Source of the DNA: an uncultured Bacilli bacterium
GTDB lineage: Bacteria; Bacillota_I; Bacilli_A; RF39; UBA660
Assembly: GCA_934122275.1 (NCBI GenBank)
Contig: CAKOWI010000002.1
Span: 64,762-128,761 of the forward strand
DNA length: 64,000 nucleotides
Reading direction: 5' to 3'
This document shows positions 8,258-16,476 of the stretch, piece by piece. Position 1 is the first letter of the stretch; each line of letters starts with the position of its first letter. A program made the position numbers and the translations under genes. Below the pieces are notes generated by a model. It was not told the DNA's origin, ran no database searches, and saw nothing but the letters and a program-made list of their open reading frames with translations.

Positions 8258-9130
8258 GTGAAAATAATGAGTAATGAAAATAAAACAAATATAAATTGGT
8301 ATCCTGGTCACATGGCAAAGACAAGAAGACTTATTAAGGAAAATATAGATAATGTTGATATAATATACGAAGTTGTAGATGCTAGGATACCTTTTTCATC
8401 AAAAATAAAAGATATAGACGATTTAATAAAAAACAAACCAAAAATTATAATCATGACAAAAATTGATTTGTGTGATTTAAGTAAAACAAATCTTTGTGCT
8501 AAAAAATATGAATCTTTAGGATATAAGGTGGTAATGGTAGATTTATTAAATAATAAAGGTTTATCTGATATATTTGATGCAACAGAAAGTATGCTTAAGA
8601 GTTTAAATGAAAAAAGAATAAATAAGGGACTTAAAAAAAGAGCATATAAAGCATTAATAACAGGAATACCAAATGTAGGAAAATCAACACTTATAAATAG
8701 GTTAGTAGGTAAAAAAGCTACTATAACAGGTGATAAACCTGGTGTTACAAAAAAGTTATCGTGGATTAGAATAAATAAAGACATAGAACTTCTTGATTCA
8801 CCAGGAATTTTGTGGCCTAAATTAGACAATGAAGCTCAAGCGTATAATTTGGCTAGTTTTTCTGCAATTAAAGAAGAAATCCTTCCAATAGGAAAAGTTG
8901 CATGTTATATACTTGACACTTTAAATGCAAAATATAAAACTAATTTAGTTGACAGATATGGCATAAATGATTATGATAATTGTGATGTTTTACCAGCATA
9001 TGAAAGAATTGGTAAAAAAAGAGGTTGCATAATCAAGGGTGGAGAAGTAGATTATGACAAGGTCTCTAGTATAATAATAAAGGATTTAAGAGAGGGACGT
9101 TTAGGAAAAGTAACGTTTGATGAGGTGTAG
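8258..9130 (+). CDS. rbgA: Ribosome biogenesis GTPase A (YlqF)
   Basis: 'NWYPGHMAK' start, circularly permuted GTPase motifs 'MTKIDL' (G4) ... 'GIPNVGKST' (G1) ... 'DSPG' (G3). Confidence 0.9.
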   Translation: MKIMSNENKTNINWYPGHMAKTRRLIKENIDNVDIIYEVVDARIPFSSKIKDIDDLIKNKPKIIIMTKIDLCDLSKTNLCAKKYESLGYKVVMVDLLNNKGLSDIFDATESMLKSLNEKRINKGLKKRAYKALITGIPNVGKSTLINRLVGKKATITGDKPGVTKKLSWIRINKDIELLDSPGILWPKLDNEAQAYNLASFSAIKEEILPIGKVACYILDTLNAKYKTNLVDRYGINDYDNCDVLPAYERIGKKRGCIIKGGEVDYDKVSSIIIKDLREGRLGKVTFDEV

Positions 9131-9132
9131 TA

Positions 9133-9750
9133 ATGAATTATGTTGATTTTTTAGAAGGAAAGTATGTTGATAAAAGTACAATTAGTAAAATAATAAATGC
9201 GGTAAATAATGATAAAATAGATGATATTAATGAAAAAATAGTTAAGATATATGAGATATTAAATTATGCAGGTTTAAGCGATGAACAAATAGAGATATTT
9301 TTGTCTAATAATACGTCAAAATTAAAGTGGGATTTTTCTGAGTTTATAAAAATTGCTTACGTTTTGGGAAGTATTGGTTTAGTTGATGAAATGTTTGAAG
9401 TTAAACATGCTGGTCATATACAGAATTTATCAAATTATAAAAGAATTTTTGTTAGAAATATATTAGCTGAAAAATCTGGCAGATATTTTCTGAGAACTAA
9501 TTCTAGAACAACTGCTTGCTCATTTTTAACTACTAGAGAAGCGGAAGCATATGGAGCAAAATATAATTTAAACTCTGATGCCATGATAGCATACAATGTA
9601 TCAATATCATCAGATAAGGAACTTGAGGACTTTTATAATTCCTGTATGGAAGATACTATAGATGATATAATAGATAAAAAAAGCAAAAAATTCTATATTA
9701 AATATTTAGCAAATAAATATAAAAAATCTGCAAATAAAAAGAGTATGTAG
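9133..9750 (+). CDS. Hypothetical protein inserted between rbgA and rnhB
   Basis: 205 aa, RBS 'gaggtg'. No recognisable motif. Confidence 0.55.
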   Translation: MNYVDFLEGKYVDKSTISKIINAVNNDKIDDINEKIVKIYEILNYAGLSDEQIEIFLSNNTSKLKWDFSEFIKIAYVLGSIGLVDEMFEVKHAGHIQNLSNYKRIFVRNILAEKSGRYFLRTNSRTTACSFLTTREAEAYGAKYNLNSDAMIAYNVSISSDKELEDFYNSCMEDTIDDIIDKKSKKFYIKYLANKYKKSANKKSM

Positions 9751-9751
9751 T

Positions 9752-10381
9752 ATGGATCTATATCAATTTGAAAAAGATTTGTGGAATAAGAGATATCAAA
9801 ACATAGCAGGCTGTGATGAAGCAGGTCGTGGCCCGCTATTTGGACCTGTTGTTGCAGCGGCAGTTATTTTACCACATGATTTTGTATTAGAAGGTCTAAC
9901 TGATTCTAAGAAACTTAGTGAGAAAAAAAGAGAAGAATATTATCCAGTTATAATGAAAAACGCACTTTCTGTTGGAATATCAATAGTGTCTGCTAAAGAA
10001 ATAGATGACATAAATATATATGAAGCATCAAGGCAGGCAATGTTAAGAGCGATAGATAAACTAAGTATTAAACCTAATTACATAATAACGGATGCAATGC
10101 CACTTGCGGGTTTTACTGATATACCATATGAAGCAATAATCAAGGGTGATGCTAAAAGTATAACCATCGCAGCAGCATCAGTTATTGCAAAAGTAACACG
10201 TGATAGACTTATGTATGATATAGATAAAAAACATCCTGAATATGAATTTGGTAAACATAAAGGTTATCCGACAAAAAAGCACATTGAACTAATTGAAAAG
10301 TATGGTATAATTGACGGATATAGGTTGACTTATGGACCTGTAAAAGAAGTTATAGAAAAAAATAAAACGATGGAGGAATAA
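9752..10381 (+). CDS. rnhB: Ribonuclease HII
   Basis: 'GCDEAGRGPLFGPVV' catalytic DEAGRG motif; length 209 aa. Confidence 0.93.
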   Translation: MDLYQFEKDLWNKRYQNIAGCDEAGRGPLFGPVVAAAVILPHDFVLEGLTDSKKLSEKKREEYYPVIMKNALSVGISIVSAKEIDDINIYEASRQAMLRAIDKLSIKPNYIITDAMPLAGFTDIPYEAIIKGDAKSITIAAASVIAKVTRDRLMYDIDKKHPEYEFGKHKGYPTKKHIELIEKYGIIDGYRLTYGPVKEVIEKNKTMEE

Positions 10382-10382
10382 T

Positions 10383-12413
10383 ATGTCTAAAAACCTAGTA
10401 ATAGTAGAGTCTCCAACAAAGACTAAAGCAATAGAAAAATATTTAGGATCAGATTATAAAGTAGTTTCTAGTAAAGGTCATATAAGAGATCTTGCTACTT
10501 CTGGAAAATTTGGTTTAGGAGTAGATATAGAAAATCATTTTGAACCTAAATATATAGCAATTAAGGGTAAGAAAAAAGACATAGAAGAACTTACTAAAAA
10601 TGCCAAAAAGGCTAAAAAAGTATATTTAGCAACTGACCCTGATAGAGAAGGTGAAGCAATTAGTTGGCATTTAAAGGATGCATTAAATTTAAAAGATGAG
10701 GATTATGATAGAGTAGTATTTAATGAAATAACTAAAGATGTAGTTGTAAATGCATTTAATAATGCTAGAAAGATAGATTATGATTTAGTTCATAGTCAAG
10801 AAACAAGAAGAATTTTAGATAGAATAATAGGATTTAGATTAAGTAAGTTAATGCAATCTAAAACTGGAGGAAAGTCTGCAGGAAGAGTTCAGTCTGTAGC
10901 ACTTAAATTAATCGTTGATAAAGAAAGAGAAATAGAATCATTTAAAGAAGAAGAGTATTGGACAATTACTTCAAAATTTGACTCATTTGATGCAGAATTA
11001 GATACCATAAATGGAAAAAAAGCAGAATTAAAAAAAGAAGAAGACGCAAATAAAGTATTAGAAGGACTAGGAAATAAGTTTATCGTTGATAGCTATGATA
11101 CTAAGCCTAAAAATAAATCTTCTAAGTATCCATTTATTACTTCAACAATGCAGCAAGAAGCGATATCAAAACTTGGGTTTTCTTCTAAAAAGACGATGCA
11201 AGTTGCACAAAAACTATATGAAGGTATAGATATAGAAGCAGATACAGTAGGTTTAATTACTTATATGAGAACTGATTCTGTTAGATTATCTGATGAATTT
11301 ATAAAAAGTACTTATGCTTTTATTAATGATAATTACGGAAAAGAATATGTGGGTCACGTTAAAGCATCAAAGAAGAAGGAAAATGTTCAGGATGCTCATG
11401 AGGCAATACGACCTTCTAGTATAAGTAGAACACCAGAAAGTATAAAAAAATATTTAACTAAAGATGAATATAGATTGTATGAATTAATATATTATAGGGC
11501 TTTAGCTTCTTTAATGAAAGATGCAAAGGTAAATTCAAGTACTGTATGTTTAAGAAATAATGATGCAATTTTTAAAGCAACTGGTCAAGTATTAGTGTTT
11601 GATGGATATTTAAAAGTGTACAATAAATTTGAATCATCAGAAGATAAAATATTGCCAATTTATAAAGTTGGTGATGAGTTAATATCAAATGAAATCTTAA
11701 AAGAGCAACACTTTACTAAACCACCTGCAAGATTTACTGAAGCTAAGTTAATTAAAACAATGGAAGAATTAGGAATAGGTAGACCATCAACGTATGCATC
11801 AACAATTAGTACGTTAACTACAAGAGGATATGTAAAAATAATTGATAAAAAGCTTAATCCAACTGAAATAGGTATTGAAACGAATGATAAATTACAAGAA
11901 TTCTTTAGTGATTTAATAAACGTTAAATATACTGCAAGCATGGAAAATGATTTGGATAAGATAGCTGAAGGAAAAGAAGTTTGGTATAATCTTTTAGAAA
12001 AGTTTTATAAAGATTTTGAACCAGAAGTAGAAAATGCTTTTGATAAAATGGAGAAAAAAGAAGATGAACAAACTGGTGAAGTATGTCCTAACTGTGGTAA
12101 ACCAATGGTGATAAAAAATGGAAGATATGGAAAGTTTGAGGCATGCTCTGGTTATCCTGAGTGTAAATACATAAAGCAAAAGGAAAAACCACCAGTAGTA
12201 GAAGTTTGTGATTGCCCAAAATGTGGTGGTAAAATAGTAGAAAGAAAAACAAAAAAGGGTAAAATATTCTATGGATGTGGTAATTTTCCTAAGTGTAAAG
12301 TAGCTGTTTGGGATAAACCAACTGGAGAATTATGTCCAGAATGTAATAGTCTTTTAGTTACTGATAAAGATGGAAATATAAAATGTAGTTCATGTGATTA
12401 TAAAAGTGAATAG
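10383..12413 (+). CDS. topA: DNA topoisomerase I
   Basis: 'LVIVESPTKTKAIEKYLG' TOPRIM start, active-site region 'GLITYMRTDS', and three C-terminal C4 zinc ribbons (CPNCG...C..C, CPKCGG..., CPECN...). Confidence 0.96.
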   Translation: MSKNLVIVESPTKTKAIEKYLGSDYKVVSSKGHIRDLATSGKFGLGVDIENHFEPKYIAIKGKKKDIEELTKNAKKAKKVYLATDPDREGEAISWHLKDALNLKDEDYDRVVFNEITKDVVVNAFNNARKIDYDLVHSQETRRILDRIIGFRLSKLMQSKTGGKSAGRVQSVALKLIVDKEREIESFKEEEYWTITSKFDSFDAELDTINGKKAELKKEEDANKVLEGLGNKFIVDSYDTKPKNKSSKYPFITSTMQQEAISKLGFSSKKTMQVAQKLYEGIDIEADTVGLITYMRTDSVRLSDEFIKSTYAFINDNYGKEYVGHVKASKKKENVQDAHEAIRPSSISRTPESIKKYLTKDEYRLYELIYYRALASLMKDAKVNSSTVCLRNNDAIFKATGQVLVFDGYLKVYNKFESSEDKILPIYKVGDELISNEILKEQHFTKPPARFTEAKLIKTMEELGIGRPSTYASTISTLTTRGYVKIIDKKLNPTEIGIETNDKLQEFFSDLINVKYTASMENDLDKIAEGKEVWYNLLEKFYKDFEPEVENAFDKMEKKEDEQTGEVCPNCGKPMVIKNGRYGKFEACSGYPECKYIKQKEKPPVVEVCDCPKCGGKIVERKTKKGKIFYGCGNFPKCKVAVWDKPTGELCPECNSLLVTDKDGNIKCSSCDYKSE

Positions 12414-12425
12414 TATTAAATAAGG

Positions 12426-12451
12426 TAGCTTACATTCGTAAGCTATTTTTA
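12426..12451 (+). terminator. Rho-independent terminator after topA
   Basis: tagcttac-attc-gtaagcta followed by ttttt. Confidence 0.65.
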
Positions 12452-12585
12452 TGTAGCAAAAACCAAACAAATGTATAATTTACTTTTAACTAAATATATG
12501 TTATTCTTTATAAGTCGGTATTATGTTAATTAATTATTTCAAAAAACATTAATGAATATAATATTATATAAAGAGGTTGATTAAT

Positions 12586-13086
12586 TTGAGTTTATTAAAT
12601 AGAATATATAAAAATAAAGAATTTATGGATGTTGCATCACCTATATTAGAAAATGAAGAATTCACTAAAACAAAAGAGATTTTTCATCATGGTGATACAA
12701 GGTATAATCATTCTGTTAGAGTTGCATATGTTTCATATTTATTATCTAAAGGGTTAGGATTTGATACAAAGTCAGTTATAAGAGCTGGAACTTTGCATGA
12801 CTTCTTTTTAGAAAGAGATGATAAAAATATAGCAACATTATCAAAAATGTTTATAAATCATCCTTCAATTGCAAAAGAAAATGCAATGAATTATTTTGAT
12901 TTAAATGAAAAAGAACAAAATATAATAGAGTCACATATGTTTCCAATATCGAGTGTTGCTCCAAAGTATAAAGAAGCTTGGATAGTATCACTATCAGATA
13001 AGATAGTAGCTTTTTTTGAAGGAACTAAAATGGTTAAATCATATGTAAGTGTATGGATATTATTTTTGATTAATTTTATAAGATAG
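12586..13086 (+). CDS. HD-domain phosphohydrolase (paralogue 1)
   Basis: 'HHGDTRYNHSVRVAYVS...GTLHDFF...ESHMFP'. The TTG at 12586 is preferred over 12577 on RBS spacing. Clear paralogue of 22601-23077. Confidence 0.65.
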   Translation: MSLLNRIYKNKEFMDVASPILENEEFTKTKEIFHHGDTRYNHSVRVAYVSYLLSKGLGFDTKSVIRAGTLHDFFLERDDKNIATLSKMFINHPSIAKENAMNYFDLNEKEQNIIESHMFPISSVAPKYKEAWIVSLSDKIVAFFEGTKMVKSYVSVWILFLINFIR

Positions 13087-13186
13087 CTTATGATTTGATA
13101 TAAATTCCGTTTTTTAATCAAGGAATAAAGGTTTGTATCAGTTAGAGCTTTTTTATTTTTTTATTTTATGATAAAATGTCTTTAGT

Positions 13187-13263
13187 GTCCTCGTAGCTCA
13201 GCTGGATAGAGCACTCGCCTCCTAAGCGAGGGGTCATGCGTTCAAATCGCATCGGGGACGCCA
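13187..13263 (+). tRNA. tRNA-Arg (anticodon CCT)
   Basis: Hand-folded cloverleaf: acceptor gtcctcg/cggggac, anticodon stem ctcgc/gcgag with loop ctCCTaa, T-arm atgcg-ttcaaat-cgcat, 3' CCA. Confidence 0.88.
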
Positions 13264-13355
13264 TTTATAATGGATATATGATTGGATAAGTTCCAATCTT
13301 TTTTGTTTGTCACCTATTATTTAGCTTAGAATATAAATACTATAAGGGTGGTAAA

Positions 13356-14237
13356 ATGGATAGATATAACAGTGTTAAGAAAGCTAGTATAGTAGGAATA
13401 ATATCAAATATATTTTTATGTTTTATAAAGGGTATTATTGCATTATTTACTAATAGTATGGCAATGTTTGCTGAAGCATTTAATAGTGTATGTGATTTAT
13501 CAACTACTTTTATAATATGTATAGGAAATAAAATTTCAAATAAATCTAAAGATGAAAAGCATAACTATGGATATGGAAAAGCAGAATACATTTATTCAAT
13601 GATAATAAGTGTTATGATAATTATTTCTACTTTTGTTATAATTAAAAACTCGGTAATAGCACTAATAAAAAATAATAAATATAATTTTTCAATATATTTA
13701 ATTATAATATGTATAATTAGTATAATAATTAAAGCTTTTTTATTTGCTTACATAAATAAATTATCTAAAAAGTATAATAATTTGATGCTAAAGGCTAATG
13801 CTATTGAATATAGAAATGATTGTATAATGACAACGATTAACTTAATATCATGTATTTTATCTATGTATAACATATATTTTATAGATAGTTTGGTGGGTAT
13901 TTTAATAGCACTTTTTACGTGTTTTAGTTCGTATAAAATATTTAGAGAAAGTTATGATATTCTTCTTGACAAATCACTTTCTAAGGATACAAAAAACAGT
14001 GTTATGAAGATAATTAGCAAGTATAGTGATATCCAAAAAATAATTCATTTTAATTCTTGTTTTATTGGACATAAGTATCAAATATCGTTTACTATATGTT
14101 TAGATGGAAATATGACTACTTATGAAAGCCATAATATTGCTGATAGCTTGGAAAAGGAAATAGATGAAAAAATAGATGATATATATTTAACTATAATACA
14201 TGTTAATCCAGTTAAAATAGAAGATAAAAGTAAATAA
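13356..14237 (+). CDS. Cation diffusion facilitator (CDF) family transporter
   Basis: 293 aa; six TM segments, 'HNYGYGKAEY' loop, C-terminal cytoplasmic domain. The TM2 site reads 'NSVCD' (Asn where His/Asp is usual). Confidence 0.65.
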   Translation: MDRYNSVKKASIVGIISNIFLCFIKGIIALFTNSMAMFAEAFNSVCDLSTTFIICIGNKISNKSKDEKHNYGYGKAEYIYSMIISVMIIISTFVIIKNSVIALIKNNKYNFSIYLIIICIISIIIKAFLFAYINKLSKKYNNLMLKANAIEYRNDCIMTTINLISCILSMYNIYFIDSLVGILIALFTCFSSYKIFRESYDILLDKSLSKDTKNSVMKIISKYSDIQKIIHFNSCFIGHKYQISFTICLDGNMTTYESHNIADSLEKEIDEKIDDIYLTIIHVNPVKIEDKSK

Positions 14238-14261
14238 ATATGATATAATGTCTTTGGTGAT

Positions 14262-15473
14262 TTGATGAAAAGAGCTATTGTATTATCTGGTGGTGGTGCT
14301 AAGGGTGCCTATCAAATGGGATTTTGGAAAGCAATTAGACAATTAAATATATCATATGACATTGTAACTGGAACTAGTATAGGAGCTTTAAATGGAGCTT
14401 TAATGGTACAAAAAAGTTACTTTACTGCATATAGATTATGGTATTTTATGAATTATAATAGGGTATATGATAGAAAGACTAGTAGTGAGTTTTCTTCTGA
14501 TAATCATGATATAATGATGAAGTATGCAAAAAAAGCAATTAAAGGTGGATTAGACGTAGAAAACTTAGAAAAAACAATAAGAAATAGTATTAAACCTAGA
14601 TTATTTTATAATTCAAATATAGATTATGGACTTATTACGGTTAAGTTTCCTTCATTAAAACCAGTTATTTTAACTAAAGATAAGATAGAAAAAGACTTAT
14701 TGTGTGATTACTTAGTAGCATCAGCATCTTGTTTTCCTGCATTTAAAATGAAAAACATAAATAATAAGAAATATATAGATGGTGGATATTATGATAATTT
14801 ACCCATTAATTTAGCAATTAGCATGGGAGCAGATGAAGTAATTGCAGTTAATTTAAAAGAAGTAGGAAACGTAAAGAAAGTAAAAAATAAAAATATAAAA
14901 GTTAAAATGATTGAACCAAATAATGATATTGGAAACTTTTTAATAATGGATAAAAATCAATCTAGAAGAGCAATTAAATTTGGATATAATGATACTATGA
15001 AGGCTTTTGGTAAATTAGAGGGTACTAAATATACTTTTAAACCAGGTTCTATAGAAGATAACTTTAATTATTATTATGATTATTTTTGTGATATATGTAA
15101 AAAACATCTTAATAAAGAAAAGTATAGCAAAGTATCTAAATTTAATGCCACTAAATTTAATGATATATTAGAACGTTTAGCACTTTCTTTTAATATAGAT
15201 GAAACTGAAATTTATACAATGGATAAAATGAATTATTTAATATCTAAATATTATGATAAATATATAGATATTTCATTAAATGATGTATTAAAGAAGATAA
15301 AAGAAAGAAAATTAAGTAAAAGGTTTCTAAGTAAAGAAATAATAATATTAATTTATAGAGAATTAAATAAAAAAAGAAGTAAAATATTAAAAAGCATTAT
15401 AGATTTATTGCCAGATAGTGTATATTGTGCAATTTATTTAAAGACTGTAATTGATAAAGAAAAGGAATTATAA
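14262..15473 (+). CDS. Patatin-like phospholipase
   Basis: 'LSGGGAKGAYQMG' oxyanion motif and 'GTSIG' GxSxG nucleophile elbow. Confidence 0.8.
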   Translation: MMKRAIVLSGGGAKGAYQMGFWKAIRQLNISYDIVTGTSIGALNGALMVQKSYFTAYRLWYFMNYNRVYDRKTSSEFSSDNHDIMMKYAKKAIKGGLDVENLEKTIRNSIKPRLFYNSNIDYGLITVKFPSLKPVILTKDKIEKDLLCDYLVASASCFPAFKMKNINNKKYIDGGYYDNLPINLAISMGADEVIAVNLKEVGNVKKVKNKNIKVKMIEPNNDIGNFLIMDKNQSRRAIKFGYNDTMKAFGKLEGTKYTFKPGSIEDNFNYYYDYFCDICKKHLNKEKYSKVSKFNATKFNDILERLALSFNIDETEIYTMDKMNYLISKYYDKYIDISLNDVLKKIKERKLSKRFLSKEIIILIYRELNKKRSKILKSIIDLLPDSVYCAIYLKTVIDKEKEL

Positions 15474-15475
15474 AT

Positions 15476-16069
15476 ATGGAAATTAGTAATTATAAAGTAA
15501 AAGTTTTTGAAAAAGAAATTGGATATGTAAATAATCCAAGATATAAAGTTAGTATTGAGAAGTTAATTGAATTATTACCAGATTATTTTTTTGAGGTTCC
15601 AGCATCTTCTACTGGAAAATATCATCCTTCATTTGCACTTGGAAATAGAGGACTTGTTAGACATACGAAAGTTGCTGTTAGAGTTGCAAAAGAATTATTT
15701 AATGATGATAGTATTAGTGGGGGATACACTCATAATGAAAAGGATCTTATGATAATGGCTTTAATTATGCATGACGGGTTAAAATCAGGATTAATAAAAA
15801 GTGAATATACTAGTTTTGATCATCCACTATTAGTAAGTAAATACATAAGAGAAAATAGGGATAAGACAGAACTTAAAGATAATGAATTAGAGTTTTTATG
15901 TAAAGTAATAGAAAGTCATATGGGACCATGGAATACTAATTCTTATAGTAATGTTACTCTTCCTGTTCCAGAAACTAGATATCAAAGATTTGTTCATATG
16001 TGTGATTATTTAGCAAGTCGTAAATTTTTAGATGTTAAATTTGATAAAGATGACAATATCATAGATTAA
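15476..16069 (+). CDS. HD-domain phosphohydrolase (different subfamily)
   Basis: 'KYHPSFALGNRGLVRHTKVAV...IMHDGLKSG...ESHMGPW'. Confidence 0.65.
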   Translation: MEISNYKVKVFEKEIGYVNNPRYKVSIEKLIELLPDYFFEVPASSTGKYHPSFALGNRGLVRHTKVAVRVAKELFNDDSISGGYTHNEKDLMIMALIMHDGLKSGLIKSEYTSFDHPLLVSKYIRENRDKTELKDNELEFLCKVIESHMGPWNTNSYSNVTLPVPETRYQRFVHMCDYLASRKFLDVKFDKDDNIID

Positions 16070-16089
16070 AAATATGATCTAATTAAAAT

Positions 16090-16112
16090 TTCACGTTAAG
16101 TGAATTTTTTTT
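16090..16112 (+). terminator. Terminator hairpin ttcac-gttaa-gtgaa plus T8
   Basis: Follows the stop of the 15476-16069 gene. Confidence 0.5.
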
Positions 16113-16123
16113 ATGAATGGTTG

Positions 16124-16152
16124 TTGACAATATGAACATATACTCATATAAT
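16124..16152 (+). promoter_or_regulatory. SigA-type promoter (TTGACA-17-TATAAT) with embedded inverted repeat atatga-N8-tcatat (putative ArsR/CadC operator)
   Basis: Perfect -35/-10 hexamers 17 nt apart. The inverted repeat spans the spacer, as is typical of ArsR/SmtB operators. Confidence 0.5.
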
Positions 16153-16182
16153 ATATTTGTAAATAGTAGAAAGAAGGTAATT

Positions 16183-16476
16183 ATGAAGTTATTAGATGAT
16201 GATGAGATAATAGACTTATCAGAATTATTTAAAATGTTTGGTGATTCTACAAGAGTTAAAATAATGAATGTACTTATTAATGGAGAATTGTGTGTAAGTG
16301 ATATTTCAGAAAAAATAGGTGTTAGTCAATCAGCTGTCTCACATCAACTTAGGATACTTAAGGATTCAAAGCTAGTTAAGTATAGAAAAGATGGTAATTT
16401 AACATACTATTTTTTAGCAGATGATCATGTTGAGAAAATATTTAAGATGGGATGTGAACACATAAATGAAATATAA
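16183..16476 (+). CDS. ArsR/SmtB-family metalloregulator (CadC-like)
   Basis: 'ELCVSDISEKIGVSQSAVSHQLRILKD' winged HTH with a Cys in the alpha3 position. The ATG at 16183 has RBS 'aagaaggt'; the track's 16117 start lies inside the promoter. Confidence 0.8.
   Translation: MKLLDDDEIIDLSELFKMFGDSTRVKIMNVLINGELCVSDISEKIGVSQSAVSHQLRILKDSKLVKYRKDGNLTYYFLADDHVEKIFKMGCEHINEI

Noticed and set aside
8308-8829. 173-aa minus-strand ORF antisense to rbgA, and the many similar minus-strand ORFs in the track (3225-3431, 5209-5415, 6320-6523, 11660-11941, 11994-12179, 12891-13121, 17038-17511, 18036-18269, 20932-21174, 22906-23142, 24985-25167, 26559-26891, 27481-27663, 29988-30182, 32235-32522, 32584-32811, 33186-33446, 34019-34339, 34460-34648, 35706-35978, 38329-38586, 40185-40373, 40845-41147, 44058-44330, 45549-45948, 46461-46935, 48871-49723, 50445-50642, 51181-51438)
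   Set aside because: All lie antisense inside well-supported plus-strand genes. They have low-complexity, Leu/Ile/Phe/Ser-rich translations typical of AT-rich antisense frames, no RBS, and no motif content.
15567-15752. Small same-strand ORFs nested in other frames of real genes (15567-15752, 7767-7955, 29673-29888, 40812-41003)
   Set aside because: Alternative-frame ORFs inside confidently assigned genes (HD hydrolase, P-loop gene, dockerin-like gene, dnaJ). No independent start signals.
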